64,000 nt of DNA from Reclinomonas americana ATCC 50394 (GCA_048213135.1 PS015009.1:1364001-1428000), one strand, 5' to 3'. Numbered from the stretch's first letter, positions 1 through 10,457 are shown. The notes: a model not told the origin generated them from the letters alone. Numbers and translations: made by a program.

Positions 1-3
1 TTT

Positions 4-348
4 ATGAACGGACTAAAGAACAAAATACAGCTGATCGGGTTTCTCGGAAATACACCCGAGGTGAAAAACACCGAAAACGGGAAGAAATTGGCCAATTTCC
101 GCATGGCTACCAACGAGGTTTATTATAATGGCCAGGGTGAAAAAGTAACGGAGACCACCTGGCACAACGCCGTTGCCTGGGGGAAACTGGCAGATATTGC
201 CGAAAAGTACCTTACCAAAGGAAGCGAAGTGATCGTTGAAGGCAAACTCGTTAACCGGAGTTATACCAATAAGGACGGTGCTAAAAAATATTTTTCGGAA
301 GTACATGTAAACGAGTTAATGATGCTGGGTAGTAAGGCCGACGATTGA
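4..348 (+). CDS. ssb: single-stranded DNA-binding protein (short, no acidic tail)
   Basis: OB-fold SSB motifs NKIQLIGFLG, TWHNAVAWGKLA, KGSEVIVEGKL. Confidence 0.93.
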   Translation: MNGLKNKIQLIGFLGNTPEVKNTENGKKLANFRMATNEVYYNGQGEKVTETTWHNAVAWGKLADIAEKYLTKGSEVIVEGKLVNRSYTNKDGAKKYFSEVHVNELMMLGSKADD

Positions 349-372
349 CAGAGCGGTTTTTGTTTAATGAAG

Positions 373-428
373 CCGGGTGTCGTGCGACGGGAGGTTGGAA
401 CCCGCTCGTGCTGACGCCCGGTACTTTT
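373..428 (+). terminator. long G-U-containing hairpin followed by T-tract after ssb
   Basis: ccgggtgtc (373-381) pairs with gacgcccgg (413-421); inner arms gtgcgacggg/cccgctcgtgc; then tactttt. Confidence 0.6.
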
Positions 429-577
429 AACCCATTCATTAAAAGCAACGCCTGTTATTATTATTTTAAATCTTCATTCGTATTCCTGTATTTTTTACAG
501 GGAATATTTTCCTTCCTTTTCTTTTTTGAACGGGAAAACTATTCATTGTATTTTTAAAGTTTTCATCATACTGATAA

Positions 578-3055
578 GTGAAGAACCCTATAGATATTAA
601 TGAACGTTTTCAGCTGGCCGCGGATTTCATTCAGTTCAGCAGTATGCCTGTTTTTCTTACCGGTAAGGCCGGAACGGGTAAGACCACATTTTTAAAATAT
701 ATCCGCGATAACTGTACCAAGAATATGGCGGTACTGGCGCCTACCGGTGTGGCCGCCATCAATGCCGGTGGAACAACCATCCACTCTTTTTTCCAGCTTC
801 CCTTCACGCCTTTTATTCCGCATGGTAACGGGAAACATGAATTGCTGGGCAGGCTGCGTTTCAACAGCGATCGCCGCAAATTGTTCCAGCAACTGGAGCT
901 GCTGGTGATCGACGAGATCAGTATGGTAAGGGCAGATGTGCTTGACGCCATAGATACCATCCTTCGCTGGGTAAGGAACCAGGCCGGCAAACCTTTCGGC
1001 GGTGTACAGCTTTTATATATAGGAGATGTATTCCAGTTGTCGCCGGTTGTTAAGAATGAAGGATGGGAACTGTTATCAGGGTTTTACAGGAGTCCTTATT
1101 TTTTCGACAGCCTGGTTATAGAGCAGCAGCCACCTGTTTATGTTGAACTGGACAGGATATACCGCCAAACGGATATTCATTTTATTGAACTGCTCAATTG
1201 CATCCGCAATAACCGGCTTGACGACAAGAATCGCCAACTGCTCAACAGCAGGTTCCTGCCCGACCAGCAGGTTGATACCCGGGACGGCTACATTACACTG
1301 ACCACACATAACCATACCGCCGAGGAGATCAACAAAAAAGAACTGGCGCAGTTGAAAGGAAAGGAATACAGTTTTAAAGCCGCGGTGCAGGGCGACTTCA
1401 GTGAGAAAGCCTATCCTGCCGATGCCGAGTTGTTGGTGAAGGTTGGCGCACATGTTATGTTCCTGAAAAATGACACGGAAAAAGTACGGCGGTATTTTAA
1501 TGGGAAGATCGGTGAGGTCACCAGCATTGGGGATGATAAGATCATGGTGCAATGCACCGGCGATGATAAAGCCATAGAGGTAAAAAAAGAAACCTGGGAA
1601 AATATCCGTTATGTGCACGATAAAACCACCAACCAGGTAGAGGAAGAAGTGATCGGCTCTTTCAGTCAGTACCCGCTCAGGCTGGCCTGGGCTATTACCA
1701 TACACAAAAGCCAGGGACTTACATTTGAAAAAACAGTGATTGATGCCGGTGCCGCTTTTGCAGCCGGGCAGGTATACGTGGCGCTGAGCCGCTGCACCAG
1801 TCTTGAAGGCATTATTCTCAAAAGCAGGATCAGCGAACAAAGCCTGAAAACCGACCAGCGGATCATTAATTATATCTCCGGGCAATCTCAGCAAGCCGCC
1901 ACGCTGCCCGATTACCTGGAAACTTCCAAATCAGCTTTCCAGCAGGAGACTATTCTCCGGCTTTTTGATATGTCGGCCATAGCTGTTGAAATGCAAACGA
2001 TCATCAGCTGGTTTGGTGATCATAAAAAAAGTTTCAGTACAGAAACCGAAAACTGGCTGAAAGAGATCTCTGAACGCATTCATGTGCTGGATACGCTGAG
2101 CATCAAATTCGAACCCATACTCCGTGGCTATTTCAATAACCAGGTACAACCACAACACAACCCGGAACTGGTAAAAAGGCTGGCCGCGGCGGCGGAACAT
2201 TATACCGGTCACCTCGACTTTATAAAAACGCTCTTCCGGCAATCGCCCGCTTCCACAGACAGCATTACGGATGCCCGTGAGTTTTACGAAAAACTGTCTT
2301 CGGTCTTTGAACAGCTGGATCTGCTTACACATTCCATGGGTTGCTGCAGGCAGGGCTTTTCGCTGGAGTCACTACAGGCAACACGATCTTCTTACCAGGG
2401 CACAGCATTAAAGAATACTTTTTATGCCGGTAAGTTTTCTCCCGTAAAAAATGCCAGCAGGAACCCGGAGTTATACAACACGCTCAAACAAATACGCGAT
2501 CATATTTGCGACACAACAGGATTGCCCGTTTATATGGTGTGTTCTTCCGCGGCACTTACAGACATGGCCGACTATCTGCCACAAACACCTGATGAACTTT
2601 TGAAGATAGACGGGTTTGGTAAGATAAAAGCAGAGCGCTGGGGTAAACAATTCCTGGAACCTATCCGCTCCTATTGCAGTGATCATAACCTGGAAACAAC
2701 GATCGGCGATAAACCGGCAAAGCCAGGTAAAGAAAAGGCAGTCAAAAAAGATAAAAAAGCCGATACCCGTTCAGAAAGCCTGCGCCTGTTGCAATCCGGC
2801 AAAACGATCGCGGAAATTGCAGCGGAAAGAAATCTTACCCAGGGAACGGTTAAAGGACATATGGCCTTACTGATCACCGGCGGACAAGTAAACATCGATA
2901 CCATCATCGCGGTTAAGGGCCAGTTAGCCATCCGGAAAATCCTTGAACAATATCCGGATGAAAACCTGTCCGGCATCATGCACCATATGCCCGCGGAATA
3001 TGATTATGGAGATGTACGCATGGTGATTGCGGCCATGGAAAAAGAACAGCAATGA
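578..3055 (+). CDS. PIF1/RecD-like SF1B helicase with C-terminal HRDC and HTH domains
   Basis: Walker A GKAGTGKT, DEISM, TIHKSQGLTF, YVALSR; HRDC-like segment (LLKIDGFGKIKAERWG); HTH (TIAEIAAERNLTQGTVKGH). Confidence 0.9.
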   Translation: MKNPIDINERFQLAADFIQFSSMPVFLTGKAGTGKTTFLKYIRDNCTKNMAVLAPTGVAAINAGGTTIHSFFQLPFTPFIPHGNGKHELLGRLRFNSDRRKLFQQLELLVIDEISMVRADVLDAIDTILRWVRNQAGKPFGGVQLLYIGDVFQLSPVVKNEGWELLSGFYRSPYFFDSLVIEQQPPVYVELDRIYRQTDIHFIELLNCIRNNRLDDKNRQLLNSRFLPDQQVDTRDGYITLTTHNHTAEEINKKELAQLKGKEYSFKAAVQGDFSEKAYPADAELLVKVGAHVMFLKNDTEKVRRYFNGKIGEVTSIGDDKIMVQCTGDDKAIEVKKETWENIRYVHDKTTNQVEEEVIGSFSQYPLRLAWAITIHKSQGLTFEKTVIDAGAAFAAGQVYVALSRCTSLEGIILKSRISEQSLKTDQRIINYISGQSQQAATLPDYLETSKSAFQQETILRLFDMSAIAVEMQTIISWFGDHKKSFSTETENWLKEISERIHVLDTLSIKFEPILRGYFNNQVQPQHNPELVKRLAAAAEHYTGHLDFIKTLFRQSPASTDSITDAREFYEKLSSVFEQLDLLTHSMGCCRQGFSLESLQATRSSYQGTALKNTFYAGKFSPVKNASRNPELYNTLKQIRDHICDTTGLPVYMVCSSAALTDMADYLPQTPDELLKIDGFGKIKAERWGKQFLEPIRSYCSDHNLETTIGDKPAKPGKEKAVKKDKKADTRSESLRLLQSGKTIAEIAAERNLTQGTVKGHMALLITGGQVNIDTIIAVKGQLAIRKILEQYPDENLSGIMHHMPAEYDYGDVRMVIAAMEKEQQ

Positions 3056-3072
3056 TTAAATGGTAAGATATT

Positions 3073-3588
3073 TTACCTCCCAAAATCATCCTGCACCCTT
3101 ACAATATCACTTTCATCGCTTGGGTTTTCAGTGTCGGTGTGGCGCCAGATCTCGGCTACTATTCCCCAACCATCAAGACCAATCAGGCGGTGCCTTTCGC
3201 CCTGCGCCAGTTCCACGATATCGCCGGGCTGCAGGTTGCGGATATCTTTTTCCTCATCGGTATCACTCGTAATAACACCGGCAACGCCGCCAATGAGTTT
3301 CCATATTTCCGCACGGCGGTGATGGAACTGCCAGCTCAGTCTTTTTTCAGGGGCTACTACGAGTATTTTGGGGCTGAGTTTCCCGGAAATATTAAGGTCG
3401 CCAAAAGTGAGATGTGAAAAATACTGGCTGATGAATTTTTCCGATTGTTCTTCACTGATCACGAAAAAACCGCCCCAGGGCCTGTTGTGATCCTGGCTGG
3501 CAATGGTATAACCCTGTTCGTGAAGATAATTCGCTGTTTTTTCAAAAACGCTTTCGCGTGATGTATCGGTCGAAAATGAAAGTTGCAT
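3073..3588 (-). CDS. cupin protein, mannose-6-phosphate isomerase type II C-terminal-like
   Basis: RPWGGF, RLSWQFHHRRAEIW, GERHRL, SDESDIVRVQDDFGR. Confidence 0.8.
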   Translation of the reverse strand: MQLSFSTDTSRESVFEKTANYLHEQGYTIASQDHNRPWGGFFVISEEQSEKFISQYFSHLTFGDLNISGKLSPKILVVAPEKRLSWQFHHRRAEIWKLIGGVAGVITSDTDEEKDIRNLQPGDIVELAQGERHRLIGLDGWGIVAEIWRHTDTENPSDESDIVRVQDDFGR

Positions 3589-3614
3589 TGTTCTTGTTTA
3601 TTACCTGTAAAATA

Positions 3615-5483
3615 TTACCTGCCCATAAATACCATCAGTATCTGCACATCACTTGGGTTAACACCCGATATGCGGGATGCCTGGCCCAGTGTACGCGGCC
3701 TTATCTTGTTGAATTTCTGGCGGGCTTCATTGCTTAAAGAAACCAGTTTATCGTAGTTGAAATGGTCCGGTATCAGCAGGTCTTCCAGCTGGCTCATCTT
3801 CTGTACCAGCTCTCTTTCCTTTTCAATATAAGAATCATACTTGGTTTGTATTTCCACCTGTTCAATCACTTCGCGGCTGAAGCCTTCTGTTGCCGCCTTT
3901 ACTTTTGGCAAGTGATAGATCATATCTGCAAAACCAATCATGGGGCGAAGCAGCAGTTGCGCCGCTTTTTGTTTCATTACTAACGGTGACGATTGTACGC
4001 TTTCAAGATACGACTTCGCCTCATCCGGTTCAATGCTCAGCTCACTTATGATGGTCCTGAGTTTTTCAACATCAGCCTGTTTATTTTTTACCCTTTCCAT
4101 CCTTTCCTGTGAAGCCAGGCCCAGGCGGTAACTTTTTTCCGTCAGCCGCAGGTCGGCATTGTCCTGCCGCAGCAGGGTGCGGAATTCCGCCCGGCTGGTA
4201 AACATGCGGTAAGGTTCATCGGTTCCTTTATTGATGAGGTCATCAATAAGTACGCCTATATAAGCTTCACTCCTTTTCAATATCAGCGGCTCCTCTTCTT
4301 TTGCTTTCTGGTGGGCGTTGATGCCGGCCATTAAACCCTGGCAGGCCGCTTCTTCATAACCCGTGGTGCCGTTGATCTGCCCCGCGAAAAAGAGGTTCTC
4401 TATTAATTTCGTCTCCAGGCTGAATTTCAGCTGCGTTGGCGGGAAAAAATCATATTCAATGGCATAACCCGGGCGGAACATGCGGCAGTTCTCAAAACCC
4501 GGAACCATTCTAAGTGCCTGATATTGAACACTTTCTGGTAATGAGGAGGAAAATCCGTTCACGTAGATCTCAACTGTATTGAAGCCTTCCGGTTCTACGA
4601 AAAGCTGGTGCCGGTCTCTTTCGGCAAAGCGGCTGATCTTATCTTCTATACTGGGGCAGTACCTGGGGCCGGTGCCCTGTATCCTTCCCTGGAACATGGG
4701 GCTTTTTTCAAAACCCGTTCTCAGGATATCGTGTACCTGGTTGCTGGTATAGGTGATCCAGCAGCTGCGTTGTTCAGCAGCGGTTATTTTCGGAACATCC
4801 AGGTAGCTGAAGCCAACAATGTCATCATCTCCTTTTTGTTCTTCCATTTTAGAATAATCCAGGCTGCGGCCGTCGATACGTGGCGGCGTGCCTGTTTTAA
4901 GGCGGTCGCTTTCAAAGCCCAGTTCAACCAGTTGTTCGGTTATGCCCGTCGCGGCCTTTTCAGCCATACGGCCACCGCCCAGTTGTTTTTCACCAATATG
5001 GATCACACCGTTGAGGAAGGTACCATTGGTAAGTACCACGGACTTTGCTTTTATTTCGTGACCCAGGCCGGTCTTTATCCCGTAAGCCCTGCCATCTTTA
5101 ACAAGCAGGCCGTGTACCATGTCCTGGTAAAAATCAATGTTGGGGGTTTGTTCCAGCATCTCCCGCCATTTGGTGGCAAACAGCATCCTGTCGCTTTGGG
5201 CCCGGGGGCTCCACATGGCGGGTCCTTTAGAGCGGTTGAGCATCCTGAACTGGATCATGCTCTGGTCGGTAACAATACCGCTGTACCCGCCCATGGCATC
5301 TATCTCCCTCACAATCTGTCCCTTGGCTATACCTCCCATGGCGGGGTTGCAGCTCATCTGGGCAATGGTTTGCATGTTCATGGTGATCAGCAATACCTTA
5401 CTACCCAGGTTGGCAGCCGCGGCCGCGGCCTCACAACCGGCATGCCCGGCCCCTACCACTATTACATCATAATCTGGAAACAT
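3615..5483 (-). CDS. mnmG: tRNA uridine 5-carboxymethylaminomethyl modification enzyme MnmG/GidA
   Basis: GAGHAGCEAA, MSCNPAMGG, RLKTGTPPR, GPRYCPSIEDK, AGQINGTTGYEEAA; start placed at ATG 5483. Confidence 0.98.
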   Translation of the reverse strand: MFPDYDVIVVGAGHAGCEAAAAAANLGSKVLLITMNMQTIAQMSCNPAMGGIAKGQIVREIDAMGGYSGIVTDQSMIQFRMLNRSKGPAMWSPRAQSDRMLFATKWREMLEQTPNIDFYQDMVHGLLVKDGRAYGIKTGLGHEIKAKSVVLTNGTFLNGVIHIGEKQLGGGRMAEKAATGITEQLVELGFESDRLKTGTPPRIDGRSLDYSKMEEQKGDDDIVGFSYLDVPKITAAEQRSCWITYTSNQVHDILRTGFEKSPMFQGRIQGTGPRYCPSIEDKISRFAERDRHQLFVEPEGFNTVEIYVNGFSSSLPESVQYQALRMVPGFENCRMFRPGYAIEYDFFPPTQLKFSLETKLIENLFFAGQINGTTGYEEAACQGLMAGINAHQKAKEEEPLILKRSEAYIGVLIDDLINKGTDEPYRMFTSRAEFRTLLRQDNADLRLTEKSYRLGLASQERMERVKNKQADVEKLRTIISELSIEPDEAKSYLESVQSSPLVMKQKAAQLLLRPMIGFADMIYHLPKVKAATEGFSREVIEQVEIQTKYDSYIEKERELVQKMSQLEDLLIPDHFNYDKLVSLSNEARQKFNKIRPRTLGQASRISGVNPSDVQILMVFMGR

Positions 5484-5524
5484 GCTGCAAAGGTACAAAG
5501 AGAGTAAGGCTAAACGAATAGTTT

Positions 5525-6142
5525 TTAGGACCCGTACTTTTTGAGTATTTCCCTTTCCAGGAAAATGCCGTCCAGGGTCATTCCGGAGTTGAGGCTGTTG
5601 AATTCTTCGTGGGTAAGTGTTTCCAGCCTTTCGAGATCAGGCTTATTCTTAATGATGAAGTCTTCAATATGGGGTTCGCTGATGCTATTTGATGCTTCTA
5701 CGGCATTGATCTTATCGAGCATTTTCACGCAAAGCCGGTACCCGGTCTTATCATACAATTGCCGGAAATAGGTTTTCACGGCCAGCAGATCCACCCGGTG
5801 GCCCCGGCTTTTATTGGGGTCAAGTGTTTCAACCCGGATATTGATAAAGTTCCAGCAGAGCCTGAGGTCTTCCTCTATAGCATAATCGAAGTAGGCGACA
5901 GGTACGATATGATCGAATTGCCATTCGGTACCGAAGTTTTCCCAGTTCAGGTTACCATTGAACTGTATCTCAATCCATTTCCGGTATTCTTCAATGGGCA
6001 GTCCGAAATAAGGAGCATATTGCTGGCTGGGTTGTTTTTCCAGTACATACCGCCTGAATGCCAGCTGCCACTTTCTTTTTTCCCGGAACTTAAGGTCTGC
6101 ATCGGTCACTTCTTCTTTTGGGGTCCATTTCTTTCTTGCCAT
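5525..6142 (-). CDS. hypothetical protein with HNH-like (viral endonuclease VII-type) motif
   Basis: QFNGNLNWENFGTEWQFDHIVPVAYFD...CWNFINIR resembles phage/giant-virus HNH nucleases (recognised by eye). Confidence 0.65.
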   Translation of the reverse strand: MARKKWTPKEEVTDADLKFREKRKWQLAFRRYVLEKQPSQQYAPYFGLPIEEYRKWIEIQFNGNLNWENFGTEWQFDHIVPVAYFDYAIEEDLRLCWNFINIRVETLDPNKSRGHRVDLLAVKTYFRQLYDKTGYRLCVKMLDKINAVEASNSISEPHIEDFIIKNKPDLERLETLTHEEFNSLNSGMTLDGIFLEREILKKYGS

Positions 6143-6156
6143 AAGCTAAAGGTAGA

Positions 6157-6379
6157 ATGTTTCCTGGAGAAACTGGGATACGTGGAACATTCGGCACCGC
6201 ACCAGTTGAGTCATACCGAGTTAACGAGGTATCTGTCACCACGAAAAAGAGATTCCTTCCCGATATCGTTCCTCATCGGGACAGGCTCTATCCTCGGAAT
6301 GAAACGATTATGCTTCCGGTTATTCTATTTAGGAGATTACACTGATGTTTCCTGGTGAAACTGGGATACGTGGAACATT
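6157..6379. repeat. 35-bp direct repeat, two copies (6157-6191, 6345-6379), parS-like
   Basis: atgtttcctggWgaaactgggatacgtggaacatt; copies differ at one base; contains ACGTGGAACA parS half-site. Confidence 0.85.
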
Positions 6380-6380
6380 A

Positions 6381-6803
6381 TTAGCTGAAATACCTGCTTA
6401 ACCAGAGGTCTTCCGCCTTTCTCATCTTCTTCTCCTCCGCCGGTGTCTTATCCTTATACCCGCACAGGTGAAGTACGCCATGAAAGATCACCCGGTGCAA
6501 TTCCTGCTGAAAGGATACGCCTTGTTGCCCCGCATTATCCACTACCCGGTCGATACTGATATAGATCTCCCCTTCTACAGGTTGCCGGGGTTCGGCCAGG
6601 TTGAAGGTGATGATGTCGGTATAATAGTCGTGCTGGAGGAAGTCGCGGTTCACCTGCAGCAGGTAGTCATCTGTACAAAAGATATAGGTAAGGGAAGAAA
6701 GGGGTTTACGGGAGGACTGGAACATCTCTTCCAGGAACTGTTTGAGCCGGTTCCTGTTACGGAAGGGAAACCGGACATCGTTATAAAAGAATTGTACAGG
6801 CAT
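6381..6803 (-). CDS. ybeY: rRNA maturation endoribonuclease YbeY
   Basis: HDYYTDIITF, GEIYIS, HGVLHLCGY; start at MPVQFF (6803). Confidence 0.95.
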   Translation of the reverse strand: MPVQFFYNDVRFPFRNRNRLKQFLEEMFQSSRKPLSSLTYIFCTDDYLLQVNRDFLQHDYYTDIITFNLAEPRQPVEGEIYISIDRVVDNAGQQGVSFQQELHRVIFHGVLHLCGYKDKTPAEEKKMRKAEDLWLSRYFS

Positions 6804-6893
6804 GAGGCTTATTTCTAAAATCGAAATTAGATAACAATTGCGAAACAGTAATTTTGTATTCCTGTAAGGTACAGGAGGATATAAACCAGTTAA

Positions 6894-7130
6894 ATGAAAA
6901 AAAGGCTTTCGGAAATCGGGGTTGGACAATCGGCAGTGATCAGTTCATTTGACAATGACGACATATTTCTCAAACTGATGGAAATGGGCTGCGTTCCGGG
7001 TGAGCAGGTGAAGGTTGACCAGGCAGCTCCCCTGGGTGATCCCATTTCAATAACGGTGGCAGGCTACCAGCTGAGCCTGAGGCTTGATGAAGCAGAACTC
7101 ATTTGGGTGGAAGAAACCCTGACAATATAA
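6894..7130 (+). CDS. feoA: FeoA family protein
   Basis: KLMEMGCVPG, APLGDPI, LSLRLDEA. Confidence 0.88.
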   Translation: MKKRLSEIGVGQSAVISSFDNDDIFLKLMEMGCVPGEQVKVDQAAPLGDPISITVAGYQLSLRLDEAELIWVEETLTI

Positions 7131-7135
7131 GCAGC

Positions 7136-7732
7136 ATGAAAATAGGTTTGTATTTCGGTTCCTTTAACCCGGTGCACATTGGCCACCTTATCATTGCCAG
7201 CCACGTGGCCCAGCATACCGGTCTTAAGCAGGTATGGTTTGTGGTTTCTCCTCAAAATCCTTTTAAAAAATCGGCCGGGCTCCTTAATGAATACCACCGG
7301 CTCCATTTAATACGCCTGGCCATTGAAGGAGAAAATAACCTGCGGGCCAGCAGTGCCGAGTTCAAATTGCCCAAGCCTTCTTATACGGTTGACACCCTCG
7401 CCTATTTAAAGGAAGCACATCCTGATCATGAGTTCTCTATTATTATGGGAAGCGATGGTTTTCAGAACCTCGACAAATGGAAGAACTACGAAGTGATCAC
7501 CGCCAATCATACCATCTACATTTATAAAAGACCGGGATTTGAGATCACGAAAGATCATGGGGCCAGGATAGAAATACTCGATGCGCCATTGCTAGAAATT
7601 TCGTCTACCCGTATCCGTGAGCTTATTAAAAACAAAGACTCCATCCGTTTCCTGGTGCCCGATGTAGTAAAAGAAGAGATTGAACGCAACGGTTATTACC
7701 GCGGTTCATCAGAACAGCCAGCCCAGCAGTAA
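7136..7732 (+). CDS. nadD: nicotinate-nucleotide adenylyltransferase
   Basis: [31 protein letters not shown]. Confidence 0.96.
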   Translation: MKIGLYFGSFNPVHIGHLIIASHVAQHTGLKQVWFVVSPQNPFKKSAGLLNEYHRLHLIRLAIEGENNLRASSAEFKLPKPSYTVDTLAYLKEAHPDHEFSIIMGSDGFQNLDKWKNYEVITANHTIYIYKRPGFEITKDHGARIEILDAPLLEISSTRIRELIKNKDSIRFLVPDVVKEEIERNGYYRGSSEQPAQQ

Positions 7733-8959
7733 ACAAAACAAAACAATAAAAGGCGGGGGAATTTTTGTAAACTGGAGCAGTAAAAAAGTTACGGCGATGA
7801 CGCCGATATTGAAAAAGCTAACCGCATTCCAGGAAATAATGGAAACATCTTTCAGGAGGAAAAGAATGGCCGCCAGCATAATACCGACCACGGCCGCGTT
7901 GATGCCTTCTAGCGAACGGTAGACGACGACGAATTTTTTAAGCAATTGCCATACAGGGAAAAAGAAAAGAACAAGTAAAGCGCTCGGCAAAAAAATAGCG
8001 ATGGACCCAATTACGCATCCCAGTAATTGCATACTCTTCCCTCCTTTTTTCAGCGCGATGCCCCCGGTGAAAGAAGCAATTGAAAAAACAGGACCGGGTA
8101 TAGCCCGGACGATTCCGGCGCCGGTGAGCAGTTCGTTTCTTTCAATTTTGATCATATCCGGGTTCTTCTCCCGGATACGGGGTTGTGCGGGCCGAACCAC
8201 GTACTGGTCCAGCATTAACGGTATCAGCACATCACCACCGCCAAAAACAAAACTTCCGAAACGATAAAAATTCTCAAACAGGTTAAAGGGTTTTTTATTT
8301 TCCCAGTTCTGCTTCCGCGCTGTTTCACTTAGAAATCCTGCCACTATAAATATTAAAACAAATAACCATATATTAGTCCACCTGATCTGCCTGGGCCTGA
8401 TCACTTCTTTTTCCGGGATCCTCTTATTACTAAAATTAGTAGCTATACCCCCGAGTACAATCAGCGAAGGAAATACCCAGGGCGTTTTAAAAAGAAAATA
8501 AGTCACCAGCAGGGCTACAGCCATAATCACTTTGGTAATGATATTGGTGATCGATAATTGGTAAGCTCTTGCAGCCGCATAAGCCAGGAACCCGATGGCC
8601 ATGGGTTGAATGAACTGGAAAATATTGGTATTCAATTTTTCGCTTCCCATACCCGCCACCAAAAAAGAAAGTGCTCCCATTAAAGTGCATGCGGGCAGTA
8701 TCCATATAATAAGCGTGATAACTGCAAGCGGAACTCCTCCGCGTTTGTAACCTATTAGTGTAAGCGTTTGGGAAGAAGAAGCGCCGGGCAGCAGCTGGCA
8801 GAACGAGATGTATTCCATCAGTTCTTCTTTCGTGATATCCCGCCGCCGGTCAACAAAAGTTTTCATCACCATGCCGGTATGTCCCTGCGGGCCGCCGAAA
8901 GCCGTGATACTGTGCAAGAAGACTGCTTTTAGGAATGGTATGTGTCGAAGCAACGTCAA
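7709..8959 (-). CDS. chrA: chromate efflux transporter (CHR family)
   Basis: [33 protein letters not shown]; multiple TM segments. Confidence 0.88.
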   Translation of the reverse strand: MTLLRHIPFLKAVFLHSITAFGGPQGHTGMVMKTFVDRRRDITKEELMEYISFCQLLPGASSSQTLTLIGYKRGGVPLAVITLIIWILPACTLMGALSFLVAGMGSEKLNTNIFQFIQPMAIGFLAYAAARAYQLSITNIITKVIMAVALLVTYFLFKTPWVFPSLIVLGGIATNFSNKRIPEKEVIRPRQIRWTNIWLFVLIFIVAGFLSETARKQNWENKKPFNLFENFYRFGSFVFGGGDVLIPLMLDQYVVRPAQPRIREKNPDMIKIERNELLTGAGIVRAIPGPVFSIASFTGGIALKKGGKSMQLLGCVIGSIAIFLPSALLVLFFFPVWQLLKKFVVVYRSLEGINAAVVGIMLAAILFLLKDVSIISWNAVSFFNIGVIAVTFLLLQFTKIPPPFIVLFCLLLGWLF

Positions 8960-8978
8960 AGCCTTGCTAAATTATAAT

Positions 8979-9010
8979 AAAAAAAGCGATTTCATAAGAA
9001 ATCGCTTTTA
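8979..9010 (-). terminator. intrinsic terminator
   Basis: aaaagcgatttc-ataa-gaaatcgctttt hairpin with A/T tracts. Confidence 0.8.
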
Positions 9011-9031
9011 TCGTGAAGGGCTGATGTACAC

Positions 9032-9487
9032 TTACTTATACTCCAGTTTGAAGCCCTTGTCTTTCGCGAATTTTCGCTGCTGCTCCAGTACCTCGTTGTC
9101 GTAGGTATTGATCTTGGTAAGCAGTTGCTGTTGTTCTTCCTGCATTTTGGTAGCCGCTTCAGGTGTAACGGAGGCGTCTTCCAGTTTAACCGCAATCTCG
9201 TAAACCTGGCTCAGTGCTTTTATGTCATCCACCATAGCGCTTTTAAAAGCCTCTCCTCCTTTAACCGGTTCCACTTTTTCCAGCTCTGCCAATTTTTGTT
9301 TGATAAAATCATTGGCTTTGATCTTGTTCGCCTTTTGATCGGGACCTTTCATGATGGCCTGTGCCTCATTAATGATCTCTTTCTGAATGCCTACCAGTTT
9401 GTCATTAAAGTCTTTTGCTTTTTTGGTGTCGCAGGAGGCCAGCAGAAGGGTTACCGCAGACAAAAGCAGGATGGTGATTTTTTTCAT
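9032..9487 (-). CDS. hypothetical helical lipoprotein
   Basis: signal peptide with lipobox LLASC; charged alpha-helical body. Confidence 0.75.
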   Translation of the reverse strand: MKKITILLLSAVTLLLASCDTKKAKDFNDKLVGIQKEIINEAQAIMKGPDQKANKIKANDFIKQKLAELEKVEPVKGGEAFKSAMVDDIKALSQVYEIAVKLEDASVTPEAATKMQEEQQQLLTKINTYDNEVLEQQRKFAKDKGFKLEYK

Positions 9488-9515
9488 TCGAGTTGATTTT
9501 TAGGTGTTGTTGATG

Positions 9516-10457
9516 TTATTTTTTTAACCCTATCTCTCTCAGCCTTTCGTCCAGGTACTCACCCGCGGTAGCATCATCATAAGCTTTCGGGTGTTCCGCG
9601 TCGATGCAGGTATCCAGGCAGCGAAGACTCATACTGCTTTTGGGATGGAGGAAGAACGGGATAGAGAAACGGGATGTATGCCACAACTCACGTGCCGGGT
9701 TTACCACACGGTGCGTGGTACTTCTCAGTTTATTGTTGGTGAAGCGCTGCAGCATATCGCCTACATTTACTACAATCTGCTCCGGAAGCGAAGTTACTCC
9801 TACCCATTCACCCTGCTTGGTGAGGATCTGTAAACCATCGGCTGAAGCACCTACCAGTAAGGTAATGAGGTTGATGTCCTCATGCTGTTCGGCCCTGATC
9901 GCACTTTTAGGTTCGTGTGTGATGGGCGGGTAATGTATGGCCCTCAGGATAGAGTTACCATTATACACATACTGGTCAAAATAATGCTCATCCAGTCCCA
10001 GGTACAGGGCAATGGCCTGCAACAGGGCGGTGCCGGATTTTTCAAAAGCCCGGTAAGCGTTGGCAAAAGTGGTATTAAAAGCCTCTACCTCATTGATACT
10101 CACATTCGGCGGGTATTCTTCTTCTTTATAATTATCCCTGGGTGTTTGCCCGTACTGGAAAAATTCCTTCAGATCTGGTGCGTCGCTGCCCTTGGCATGT
10201 TCTTTTCCGAAAGAAGTATAGCCCCTTTGCCCGGCCAGTTCTGGTATCTCGTAATGCTTTTTCTGCTCCAGCGGAAGAGAAAAGAATTGCTGAACATATT
10301 TATACAGGTCCCCGATCAGTTCATCGGGAACACCATGGTTTTTAACCGCTACAAAACCAACTTCTTCATAGGCTTTACCCAACTCCTGCACGAACGCGTT
10401 TTTACGTACCGGGTCGCCTGATAAAAATTCTGCTAAATCTACTGATGGAATGGCCAT
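9516..10457 (-). CDS. isopenicillin N synthase-family 2OG-Fe(II) oxygenase
   Basis: HEDINLITLL (HxD), VNVGDMLQ, STTHRVV, RFSIPFF. Confidence 0.92.
   Translation of the reverse strand: MAIPSVDLAEFLSGDPVRKNAFVQELGKAYEEVGFVAVKNHGVPDELIGDLYKYVQQFFSLPLEQKKHYEIPELAGQRGYTSFGKEHAKGSDAPDLKEFFQYGQTPRDNYKEEEYPPNVSINEVEAFNTTFANAYRAFEKSGTALLQAIALYLGLDEHYFDQYVYNGNSILRAIHYPPITHEPKSAIRAEQHEDINLITLLVGASADGLQILTKQGEWVGVTSLPEQIVVNVGDMLQRFTNNKLRSTTHRVVNPARELWHTSRFSIPFFLHPKSSMSLRCLDTCIDAEHPKAYDDATAGEYLDERLREIGLKK

Noticed and set aside
373-421. SRP RNA or tRNA
   Set aside because: Lacks the SRP domain IV loop motifs and any cloverleaf or T-arm consensus.
6157-6379. 35-bp direct repeat as a CRISPR array
   Set aside because: Only two copies, a 153-bp interval far longer than a spacer, and no cas genes.
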